DNA from: Candidatus Hydrogenedens sp.
GTDB lineage: Bacteria; Hydrogenedentota; Hydrogenedentia; Hydrogenedentales; Hydrogenedentaceae
Assembly: GCA_049968235.1 (NCBI GenBank)
Contig: JBMFRC010000007.1
Location: forward strand, 32,001 to 96,000
Direction of reading: 5' to 3'
Length of the DNA stretch: 64,000 nucleotides
Part shown: piece after piece, positions 23,981 through 32,546 of the stretch
Position numbering within the stretch: position 1 is the stretch's first letter
How the letters are laid out: the number at the start of each line of letters is the position of its first letter
Translations under genes and position numbers: made by a program
The notes under the pieces: model-generated
Told to the model about the DNA's origin: nothing
What the model saw: only the letters and a program-made list of their open reading frames with translations
Database searches by the model: none

Positions 23981-25387
23981 TTACTTATTCCTCAAAATAT
24001 CTTTAATCTGACTTTGAACCGCATTCACCATTTCATCTTCTACAGTGGGCGACCACTTTACAGGAGAAGCATATTGCTCTTGAATCACACGTGCCTGGTA
24101 TATATCCTGACGAACAATCTCTCGTGTCGGTATATATAAGTTATGTTCACCCATATACCCAAATAGCATAATTGGATGTTCAGAACGAAAAGTATCTTTG
24201 ATACGCATACCTATTGGGGCACATACTTCCCCCTGCAAAGCAACAAAAATAAGTTCACCTATTTTAACAACTATAGACTCCTCAAATCTACATGGAAATT
24301 CTCTGCCATCCGGGTTATTTTCGATTAAAAATTCATCATCTGTGCAAATCATATCTGAAGTTTTCTGTGGAAAAGGTATCTTCTCTTTGTAATGCTTAAA
24401 TAATGAACGAACCCAATTCGTATCGCGTTCAGGGGCAGGGTAATGTATATAACCGATATCCGTTGGATAAAAAAAGGCAAGTCGTTGAACATCATCAAAA
24501 GGTATCGGTTTGCTTAATGATAAGGGAATAACTTGGAAAGAACTACGAATATTCCCATCTATACTTTTTTGTTTCTCTATAGCAATTCGAATGACCTCAT
24601 CAGCCAATTCTTTGCCATATTTTTGGACAATAGGCATAGGAGCATGCATCATATTCTTAGTAAATTGGTTTCCACCACAGGCATCTGCAAATAACACCAT
24701 CGTATCCGGAAATGCCTCTTCCACATATTCTATGGCATAACCAAAATGTCCGGTATCAATTACATTATTCTGCTCTCGTATCTGTAAAGGGTGGGTAGGG
24801 TGGTTAAAAAGAATGGCTACAGGAATTCCATCATCTTTTACTACTTTTAACTCTTGAACTTCATAATCCACAGGAGCACTCCCCAAACTAAACAAATGAT
24901 AAACATATCCGAACCCAAATTCTAACGAAACGGGTCCTATTTCATGGTTAATTGCTTCTTGAATTAATTGATAAATTTTTTCCGCCAACCATCTACCATA
25001 TTCAAAATTTTCCGGAACAATTTGTATAGGTGCGCAATGATTATGAGTTGCTAGTGGAATAAAATTTTCTACAGGTATATTTAATTCTTTTTTCAATCGT
25101 TCACGAAGAATAGGTGTCGCAACATCAAGACAGTTTAAGTCATAGGTTACTATTATTATTCGTTGGACACCATCATTGAGAACAAGAACACGTGCATAAA
25201 TATCTCTTCCTACCTTATTCATTTTATTGCCAAACACACCAACGGGTTCACGGGATACATCGGGTGTTATTATGCCTTTGGCAACACCCGCAGTTAACGG
25301 ATATGAATCAAAAACTGAAATAAAAACCGACGAAGAAAATAACAAAATAATTAACATTACTTTCATAAAATATTCATATACACACAT
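23981..25387 (-). CDS. secreted neutral/alkaline ceramidase-like hydrolase (N-terminal catalytic domain only)
   Basis: Signal peptide, then 'ITPDVSREPVGVFGNKMNKVGRDIYARVLVLNDGVQRIIIVTYDLNCLD', which follows the neutral-ceramidase N-terminal pattern (ITP..G....G.H.RL.ARA.V..DG..R...V..DL). It is shorter than canonical ceramidases and has no C-terminal tail domain. Confidence 0.45.
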   Translation of the reverse strand: MCVYEYFMKVMLIILLFSSSVFISVFDSYPLTAGVAKGIITPDVSREPVGVFGNKMNKVGRDIYARVLVLNDGVQRIIIVTYDLNCLDVATPILRERLKKELNIPVENFIPLATHNHCAPIQIVPENFEYGRWLAEKIYQLIQEAINHEIGPVSLEFGFGYVYHLFSLGSAPVDYEVQELKVVKDDGIPVAILFNHPTHPLQIREQNNVIDTGHFGYAIEYVEEAFPDTMVLFADACGGNQFTKNMMHAPMPIVQKYGKELADEVIRIAIEKQKSIDGNIRSSFQVIPLSLSKPIPFDDVQRLAFFYPTDIGYIHYPAPERDTNWVRSLFKHYKEKIPFPQKTSDMICTDDEFLIENNPDGREFPCRFEESIVVKIGELIFVALQGEVCAPIGMRIKDTFRSEHPIMLFGYMGEHNLYIPTREIVRQDIYQARVIQEQYASPVKWSPTVEDEMVNAVQSQIKDILRNK

Positions 25388-25537
25388 ATAATTCTCCTTA
25401 TATAAATTTGATTAAATTTATTTATCATAAATTTCTTTTTAACTACCATTATATATATAATATCAATCAGAATAAATTTATTAAATTTATTGTTTTTGCA
25501 ATAGATATAATCCGTATATTGGCAGGAATTATTAAAT

Positions 25538-27070
25538 ATGCCAGTCAAAAAAGAAAAAATTCTGATAGTCGATGACGAACTAATTATCCGTGAATTACTT
25601 TTTGACCTTTTGACGGAAGAGGGTTTTTTTGTAGAGATGGCACCTGATGGGGAATCTGCACTAAAAACGATTCGTGAAAATAGTGATATTGCTGTTCTAT
25701 TTACAGACATTATGATGCCTAAAATGGACGGCATTACCCTGATACATAAAGCAAGAGAACTTAATCCGGGTATTGTCCCTATTATAATGACAGGATATGC
25801 TACCATAGAAACAGCAAGAGCGGCAGTGAAAGAGGGGGCTTATGATTATGTGCTAAAACCTTTTAATATCACAGAAATTAAAACAGTAGTAAACAACGCA
25901 CTGGAACGGAATCGACTTATACAGGAAAACGCTCGCTTAAAAGAAATTACAGAATTATTCAAGATTAGTGAAAACATATCCTCAATGCGAGACGAGGAAC
26001 AATTATTTAGATTTATATTAAATGCAGCATTGGAACATACCCAGGCAAAACGAGGTTCTATCCTTGAACTCGTTGATGATGGCAAATATCTTAAAGTGGT
26101 TGCCAGTACCGGATTACCTTCAGAACTTAATGGAAAAGTCATTCCTATTGATTTTAAGACTATCTCAGGAATTGTTGTGAAAAACATAGAACCATTACTA
26201 ATTGAAGACATCAATCAAAATCCCGATTTACAAAATTTCTTAATCGGATTAAAGAACACATCCTTTATTTCAGTTCCATTACAGAGAAAAAAATCGGAAT
26301 TTATGGAATCGCATCCTCTTGTAATTAATGAACAGGATGTAATTGCAGTTCTCAATGTTACAGATAAATCTGATGGTGAAGTTTTTTCAGAAACGGACTT
26401 GAAAGTATTAAAAATCATAGCCAATCATGGTGCATCAGCAATAGAAAATGCTCGATTAATTCGCGAAATAGAATCTGCACAAAGAGAAATCGTATTTACA
26501 TTAGGTGAAATTGTAGAAACTCGTTCCCGAGAAACAGGTAGCCATGTAAAAAGGGTTGCAGAATATTCAAAATTATTAGCATTAAAATTAGGTCTATCCA
26601 ATAAAGAGGCAGAAATTCTCCGATTAGCCTCACCGCTTCATGATGTAGGGAAAGTGGGAATACCTGATGCCATATTAAATAAACCCGGGCCTTTAACACC
26701 CACTGAATTTGATGTAATAAAAACCCATACAACTATCGGATATGATATGTTAAGCAAAGCCAAAGGCATTGTATTACAATCTGCGGCTGTAATTGCTTTG
26801 GAACATCATGAACGCTATGATGGGAATGGCTACCCCAATGGGAAAAAAGGAAAAGATATACATATTTTTGGAAGAATTGTAGGAATAGCGGATGTATTTG
26901 ACGCTTTAGGAGTAGAACGAATATATAAAAGAGCATGGACTTTGGATGAAATCAAAGAGTATTTTGCGGAACAACGAGGAAAACAATTTGATCCCGATTT
27001 AGTAGATACATTTTTTTCCAACATTGAAGAAGTATTACAAATCCGCGATAGATTTCCTGAAAAGGATTAA
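25538..27070 (+). CDS. response regulator with REC, GAF and HD-GYP domains (c-di-GMP phosphodiesterase, RpfG-like)
   Basis: Receiver domain with the phospho-acceptor Asp ('LFTDIMMPKMDG'), a central GAF-like region, and an HD-GYP signature ('HHERYDGNGYPNG', 'PLHDVGKVGIPD'). Confidence 0.85.
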   Translation: MPVKKEKILIVDDELIIRELLFDLLTEEGFFVEMAPDGESALKTIRENSDIAVLFTDIMMPKMDGITLIHKARELNPGIVPIIMTGYATIETARAAVKEGAYDYVLKPFNITEIKTVVNNALERNRLIQENARLKEITELFKISENISSMRDEEQLFRFILNAALEHTQAKRGSILELVDDGKYLKVVASTGLPSELNGKVIPIDFKTISGIVVKNIEPLLIEDINQNPDLQNFLIGLKNTSFISVPLQRKKSEFMESHPLVINEQDVIAVLNVTDKSDGEVFSETDLKVLKIIANHGASAIENARLIREIESAQREIVFTLGEIVETRSRETGSHVKRVAEYSKLLALKLGLSNKEAEILRLASPLHDVGKVGIPDAILNKPGPLTPTEFDVIKTHTTIGYDMLSKAKGIVLQSAAVIALEHHERYDGNGYPNGKKGKDIHIFGRIVGIADVFDALGVERIYKRAWTLDEIKEYFAEQRGKQFDPDLVDTFFSNIEEVLQIRDRFPEKD

Positions 27071-27103
27071 ACTGTCCAATCTTGTTTACTCTTTTAATAA
27101 GGA

Positions 27104-29803
27104 CTAATATTCATAGGCTCCCATATCATAATCAGACCCATCCCCGGTAACACCTGAAATGGCGTCTCGTCCACGGAGATTTCCTTCAATATCTGTCAAT
27201 ACATTTCCCCATTCATTAGGACTTGTATCCATTCCTCTGTCGATACAAGGAGAACTACTATTCAATCTAAAATTACCGGCACTCGGGAAAATAAATAATG
27301 GGTCTGAACTTATATTTCCTTCTCCATTCTTCACCTGCTGTGTGTTACAATACATAAAAATTGCATCATTCCCGAGAGAATATGTCCCCTGTCCAGAATT
27401 TTGCCATATAATAGTATTCGCAAATGCTACATTGCTATAGTAGTTAAACACAGCCCCACCATGACTCGTCGTTGTTAAATCTGCTTGATTATCATATAAG
27501 GTACAGTTTGAAAAAACAACATTTTCACACAGGTCTATATGCACCCCACCCGTTCTTTCAATAGAAGAACTAAAATCATAAGCCTTATTTCTAAATCCTA
27601 TGGCATTTACAATTTTTGCAGAACTTTTTGTCATATAAATCATTCCTGCACTTGCTCGGGAAAAACCCCTATGGTCATTTGTAGAAACCGTATTATTTCT
27701 AAAATCTGAGTTTCTCAAATTTATATCGCTATACCATAGGTAAATAGCCCCTCCTAATGCTTTTGCGAAAGCACCATAAACCCCACCGTTAACAGTCCCA
27801 TGCCCTATCCCTTCTGCGGAACATGCATTTGAATAGAACAAACAGTTATCTATAGTTAATGAAGTATTGTAAGCAAATATTCCTCCACCAGCAGACACAA
27901 CGGTTATGTTCTGTGTAGAGGTTTGCCAAGTTCCTTGTGATGAAATTCGATTTGACTCAAAACGAGAATTCTGAATATTAATTACACTGTCTGTCACATA
28001 AATAGCAGAACCATAATTATAACTGGAATCGGATGAAACATTTTCTATTACATTCTCAATGAAATTACAGTTATATAAAGATAATTTCCCACTGATACAA
28101 CATATGCCAGCACCTACTCCGACTGATTTATTCTGGAAAAATGTACAGTTCTTGACAACCATTTTCTTTGCGGGAATATATAGACCACCTCCATCCTGAG
28201 CATCGCTGTAAACATAATCATAGCGGGCATCTCCCCCTTTTATTATGAATCCATTCAGTTCGCTATAATTTTCACCTTTAACTACATGCCAGGCTGGTTG
28301 TCCATCTCTTGCGATACTGCCATTTATAATAGTGATATTTGTTTGATAATTTCTTTGATTTAGTTCAGTTTCCGTACCTTGAAATCCCCCATAGACATTC
28401 ACCAATTCTCGAAGTATTAATGCTCCATAAGGATTTAAAGGATTTGAACGAACTTCATTATAATCTCCCGCAGAAACCCATACCTCTCCTCCACCTAACT
28501 CGAACGCTCTATCTATCCCTTCTTGCAAAGTAGGAAATGCTGTTGCCCATGATAATCCATCAGGTTCAATTTCTTCTTTTTGCCCCTTTGTCTGAGGTTT
28601 TTTTACATATATTCGTGAACCCTGGATTATTTCAATATAATCTGTTTTTTGTTTTATACTTTGTCCTGCACTGGTCGTAACGATTAATGTTACGGTATAA
28701 ATTCCCGGAGATAGATATGTGTGAGTAGGATTCCTCAAGAAACTAAAACTTCCATCCCCGAAATTCCACTGCCAGGCTGGTTCTGTTCCATTGCCCATTT
28801 TACTTTCATCACGGAACTCGATTTCATTATTGATTATGTTTTTTACAGGGGTAGCCGAAAAGTCTGCTATGGGAGGATAAGGAAAGGAACTATAAATACG
28901 TATGTAACCCGCTAAAATAGAAAGCGGATATATCAATCCATCAGGATAACTGGTAGCCATCACATTTTCTGCATAAATAGAATAAATATCATTAAATTCA
29001 GCATTTTCAGAGACTTTAAACCTCAAAATAGCATATATGCCTGATGACATTCCTGAAGTGGATGTGCCTGTTGTCGTTAATCTAAGTTTCCCTGGAATGA
29101 TTTGTCCTACTGATAGATTTCGACCTGTATTTTGAATCGCCGGTCCTATCATAAAATCCAGATATTGTATCCGATTGGAATTGAAAATCAGGTCAAACTG
29201 AACATATCCTAATATAACATTTTTAGTTTCAAGAGTAAGCGGAATATTTATTTCTGTATTAGGAACTGTATCCTTTCTATCAACAACAATACGAGCATAA
29301 TTATATGTCTCTCCTTCTCCTTCCCCTTCCAATACTCCTTCCGCAGAACCTTCTCCTTCGAAACCTTCCGGAGTCCCTTCAGGTGCCCCTTCAATAATTA
29401 CAGGACATAAAACAGGGCGAAAACCATCTTCTTTAGATGGGTCTATTTCATAACCACATACATTATAAAACTGAACCAAACGAAGAAGCTCATTTAATGT
29501 TATTCGCCAGAAATTATTCGGTTCATAATCGCTATCATGGGGTTCACATGACTGGTCCCCCGCTCCCGGTGCATATCCGTCTTCTCCAGCAGGGTCACAA
29601 TGATAGGCACGGGCATTAAAAAACTGGATTACACGTAGTAATTCGCTTAAATCAATTTTATAATCTTGATTCTTATCTGCAGTATGATAATCTCCCTTCC
29701 CAACCGAATCAACTGCATAGGAAGCATTACTTAAAATCCCGTTTAATACACACAAAAAAATGGCAGTTACAAACAGCCCTAACAATGTTATTTTACGTCT
29801 CAT
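27104..29803 (-). CDS. large secreted protein: two dockerin-like Ca-binding repeats, a Gly/Glu-rich linker, a beta-sandwich domain, a PKD domain and a right-handed parallel beta-helix domain
   Basis: Signal peptide. Tandem 'DKNQDYKIDLSELLRVIQFFN' and 'NNFWRITLNELLRLVQFYN' repeats. Acidic 'EGAPEGTPEGFEGEGSAEGVLEGEGEGE' linker. PKD signature ('WQWNFGDGSFSF...HTYLSPGIYTVTLIVT'). C-terminal approx. 450 aa of Asn/Gly/Ser-rich beta-helix repeats ('NCTFFQNKSVGVGAGICC', 'NCLFYSNACSAEG'). Confidence 0.6.
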   Translation of the reverse strand: MRRKITLLGLFVTAIFLCVLNGILSNASYAVDSVGKGDYHTADKNQDYKIDLSELLRVIQFFNARAYHCDPAGEDGYAPGAGDQSCEPHDSDYEPNNFWRITLNELLRLVQFYNVCGYEIDPSKEDGFRPVLCPVIIEGAPEGTPEGFEGEGSAEGVLEGEGEGETYNYARIVVDRKDTVPNTEINIPLTLETKNVILGYVQFDLIFNSNRIQYLDFMIGPAIQNTGRNLSVGQIIPGKLRLTTTGTSTSGMSSGIYAILRFKVSENAEFNDIYSIYAENVMATSYPDGLIYPLSILAGYIRIYSSFPYPPIADFSATPVKNIINNEIEFRDESKMGNGTEPAWQWNFGDGSFSFLRNPTHTYLSPGIYTVTLIVTTSAGQSIKQKTDYIEIIQGSRIYVKKPQTKGQKEEIEPDGLSWATAFPTLQEGIDRAFELGGGEVWVSAGDYNEVRSNPLNPYGALILRELVNVYGGFQGTETELNQRNYQTNITIINGSIARDGQPAWHVVKGENYSELNGFIIKGGDARYDYVYSDAQDGGGLYIPAKKMVVKNCTFFQNKSVGVGAGICCISGKLSLYNCNFIENVIENVSSDSSYNYGSAIYVTDSVINIQNSRFESNRISSQGTWQTSTQNITVVSAGGGIFAYNTSLTIDNCLFYSNACSAEGIGHGTVNGGVYGAFAKALGGAIYLWYSDINLRNSDFRNNTVSTNDHRGFSRASAGMIYMTKSSAKIVNAIGFRNKAYDFSSSIERTGGVHIDLCENVVFSNCTLYDNQADLTTTSHGGAVFNYYSNVAFANTIIWQNSGQGTYSLGNDAIFMYCNTQQVKNGEGNISSDPLFIFPSAGNFRLNSSSPCIDRGMDTSPNEWGNVLTDIEGNLRGRDAISGVTGDGSDYDMGAYEY

Positions 29804-29922
29804 TTAAAAATATTCCTATTCTTTCCCAGGCCTTAGCCCCGTATATTATTATGTAAAAATCCTTTTAAACTATAATATATATATAAAAATAACATTTTTC
29901 ATGTGTTTTTTGCAAGATTTTT

Positions 29923-31590
29923 TTAATGGAAGAAACTTTTTTTACAGGTTCCGAAGATATTCCCACAGGTTGTTATGCTAAGTTCCTTAATATAATTTTC
30001 AAGTTCACCCATAGTTATTGTCTGATTCTTATTCGCATCAATTTCTGAGAAAAATTCCTGTGTAACCTGAGGATATTTTTGTATGATTTCTGAAAAAGTT
30101 AGCACTCCATCTCCATCTATATTACAATAACTGAATGTGGAGAATATCTGCAAAACAAGGTTTCTCTTTTCATCTTTATCCAATGTTTTAATTTTCTGAT
30201 AACTGACATCTAGCGTAATATAAAAGGCGTGTGGAATATAGACCTGCTTTTGAGGGGGAGTTATATATCCATCTATATCAGAAAAAATAATTTTATAAAA
30301 ACCTATTGGAAATATTGCTATTTCACCGGATTTCTTCCATTCTTCCTTTCCTTGTATCTGCCATCCAGCATTTAACTTAACTACTTCATCCGGGAAAATA
30401 TTAACTACGATTCCTCCCGATTTCCAATAATTTACTTCTATAACTTTATCCTCGTTCTCACCAATTTCTACTTGAATATATTCAGAAGTTGACCAACCTA
30501 CCGGTTGAGTAAAAAACACTTTATAAATACCTGCATAAAGATTTTCTACTTTATCACCACTATTATACAGATTATCATCACCTTCAATTTGCCACTGAGC
30601 ACCACTTAAAACCGCATCATTAGGAGTTAAAATAACCGTTAATGAACTATATAATGGGGTTTCTCCCTCTCCTTCTAAGGACCCTTCCGGAATACCTTCC
30701 GGAATACCTTCCAAAATACCTTCACCTTCCGGAGGTTCTCCTTCCCCACACCCCACACATCCTCCTCCATTATCTTTCTTTGCTGGATTCAAGACACTCC
30801 CTTTATATCCCTCTACACCATACCCTTTTATTATATTCCACCGATATTCACCATAATTGCAGACCCCATCCCTATCCGCATCCCCTACCTTACTTAAATA
30901 CCTCGCCATACTTAAATCAAATTGACTCATATCCGGCATCGGAACATATATCGGTAAGTCTTCTATCATCCCTAAAAGCATATCTATTGTCGTCTTTTCT
31001 CCTACCGTTGTCAATCCCGATACTACCCCTTCAAATTTACTCCTATCCAATAGTATAAATACCACAGGCTGAACCAACTGTATTTCATCTGCATATAACC
31101 TCGTGCTTTCTACATTATAGCGATATGCCTGCTTCACACAACAATGTATCTCCTGAGTATTTTCCCTCAATACTTCATCTAATAACCACGCTTGAACTAC
31201 ATCTATCATCCCATTCGTATCCAAATCTGCCGTATCCGGTTCCTCTCCTACATACTCATACAACCACCGTAAATCTTCCTCAAAATGGCTCTCTCCCAAT
31301 ACATCATCACATCCCCCTATACACGGCTCTATATTGCATGGGTCAAACAAACCCTCTCCTTCCCCTTCTATCACTCCTTCTATACTACCTTCGATAATAA
31401 CCTCTCCTTCCATCACTCCTTCTATACTACCTTCTATTACTCCTTCTCCATTTACCATGCCCTCCGTTATCCCTTCATTACTTACAATCGTATCATTTGC
31501 GAACAATGCTTGTTGTAAAAAATACCCCCAAAAAATAAGCATAAAGAATGCAAAAACACTATTCCTATACGCTTTACTTTTCTTATCCAT
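29923..31590 (-). CDS. secreted Gly/Glu-repeat protein with TSP3-like and EF-hand/dockerin-like Ca-binding motifs (paralogous linker to the upstream beta-helix protein)
   Basis: I chose the start at the signal peptide 'MDKKSKAYRNSVFAFFMLIFWGYFLQQALFA'; the track ORF extends a further 38 codons upstream. Repeats 'EGVIEGSIEGVMEGEVIIEGSIEGVIEGEGEG' and 'GEGEPPEGEGILEGIPEGIPEGSLEGEGE'. 'DADRDGVCNYGEY' is a TSP3-like Ca-binding motif and the C-terminal 'NIDGDGVLTFSEI...DANKNQTITMGELENYIKEL' is EF-hand/dockerin-like. Two internal approx. 35-aa beta repeats ('GAQWQIEGD...' and 'AGWQIQGKE...'). Confidence 0.5.
   Translation of the reverse strand: MDKKSKAYRNSVFAFFMLIFWGYFLQQALFANDTIVSNEGITEGMVNGEGVIEGSIEGVMEGEVIIEGSIEGVIEGEGEGLFDPCNIEPCIGGCDDVLGESHFEEDLRWLYEYVGEEPDTADLDTNGMIDVVQAWLLDEVLRENTQEIHCCVKQAYRYNVESTRLYADEIQLVQPVVFILLDRSKFEGVVSGLTTVGEKTTIDMLLGMIEDLPIYVPMPDMSQFDLSMARYLSKVGDADRDGVCNYGEYRWNIIKGYGVEGYKGSVLNPAKKDNGGGCVGCGEGEPPEGEGILEGIPEGIPEGSLEGEGETPLYSSLTVILTPNDAVLSGAQWQIEGDDNLYNSGDKVENLYAGIYKVFFTQPVGWSTSEYIQVEIGENEDKVIEVNYWKSGGIVVNIFPDEVVKLNAGWQIQGKEEWKKSGEIAIFPIGFYKIIFSDIDGYITPPQKQVYIPHAFYITLDVSYQKIKTLDKDEKRNLVLQIFSTFSYCNIDGDGVLTFSEIIQKYPQVTQEFFSEIDANKNQTITMGELENYIKELSITTCGNIFGTCKKSFFH
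30683..30718. repeat. in-frame 12-bp tandem repeat (ccttccggaata, 3 copies, third diverged) encoding the EGIP repeats
   Basis: Read directly from the sequence: ccttccggaata ccttccggaata ccttccaaaata. Confidence 0.7.
31340..31460. repeat. imperfect in-frame approx. 42-bp tandem repeats encoding the (E-G-x-I/V) repeats
   Basis: 'tcactccttctatactaccttc' occurs at 31371 and again at 31413, with related flanks. This region generates the four spurious plus-strand ORFs in the track. Confidence 0.6.
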
Positions 31591-31652
31591 ATAATTCTTT
31601 CTATATCTGTTCTTAATTATATCCTTTAAAGAGGAGATTTTGTTCAATAAAT

Positions 31653-32543
31653 TTAAATTTCTTCTATAGCCATTGCGGTTGTCTTTACAAGATGTGTCTT
31701 CCAATTTAGTTTCCTGATTAACTCTTTACCTTGTTTTTTAGACTCTACAATAACAAAAAAGGTTGACCCACTACCTGTCATTCCCACATACGGAAAACCC
31801 ATTTTTTTTATTTTTAATTTTAATTCATATAATTCTGGATAAATACAAAATGCGGGTAATTCTAATCGATTGTATATAACCTTCTTCCAATTCCTTTTCC
31901 GTAATGCATATATTACTTTTCTAAACCTAATACTATATTTAATTGCAACTACATGTGAAGGTCGAATACTTAATGCGGGATGTTGATACACCTTTGCGGT
32001 AGATAGGGATAAGGGAGGATGAATTAGAACAACCCATATATCAGAAATAGGAATTAATGCGTTTATATTTTCTCCTTTGCCAGTAACTGATTGGGTTCCC
32101 CCTTTAAAAAAATAAGGGACATCAGAACCCAATCCTTTTGCAATATCCATTAAATTGCTCTCACTTAATCCTAAATTCCACAATTTATTTACTGCATATA
32201 AAGTGCCTGCGGAATTAGCAGAACCTCCACCTAACCCCGCACATATAGGGATATGCTTTTGAATATGGACATGTATCCCTTTTTCTATTCCTGTAATATC
32301 TTTTACTTTTTCTACTGTCTTATAAACAATATTTCGGTCATCCGTAGGCAATAATGTATCATTTGTTGTAACACAAACACCCCGGGGCATTTCAAAAAAA
32401 GTAAGGGTATCCGATAAAGTTACCGTTTGAAAAATAGATTCAATTTTATGGAAACCATCGGGATATTTACCTATCACATCAAGATAAAGATTTATCTTCG
32501 CATTTGTCCTTACTTTCATTAATGCAGGCATAAACAAATCCAC
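31653..32543 (-). CDS. ispE: 4-diphosphocytidyl-2-C-methyl-D-erythritol kinase
   Basis: 'KINLYLDVIGKYPDGFHKIESIFQTVTLSDTL' is the GHMP-kinase IspE N-terminus, and 'PICAGLGGGSANSAGTL' is the GHMP ATP-binding motif. Confidence 0.9.
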   Translation of the reverse strand: MDLFMPALMKVRTNAKINLYLDVIGKYPDGFHKIESIFQTVTLSDTLTFFEMPRGVCVTTNDTLLPTDDRNIVYKTVEKVKDITGIEKGIHVHIQKHIPICAGLGGGSANSAGTLYAVNKLWNLGLSESNLMDIAKGLGSDVPYFFKGGTQSVTGKGENINALIPISDIWVVLIHPPLSLSTAKVYQHPALSIRPSHVVAIKYSIRFRKVIYALRKRNWKKVIYNRLELPAFCIYPELYELKLKIKKMGFPYVGMTGSGSTFFVIVESKKQGKELIRKLNWKTHLVKTTAMAIEEI

Positions 32544-32546
32544 TCC

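Noticed and set aside
30642-31594. Four overlapping plus-strand ORFs (138, 90, 77 and 86 aa) rich in Pro/Ser/Ile/Thr/Leu
   Set aside because: They are antisense to the EG-repeat gene and arise from its periodic DNA repeats. They have no RBS and are low-complexity translations.
31591-31704. 38-codon N-terminal extension of the EG-repeat gene (MEDTSCKDNRNGYRR...)
   Set aside because: The extension is hydrophilic and precedes an obvious signal peptide starting at an internal Met. It would also overlap the ispE 3' end.
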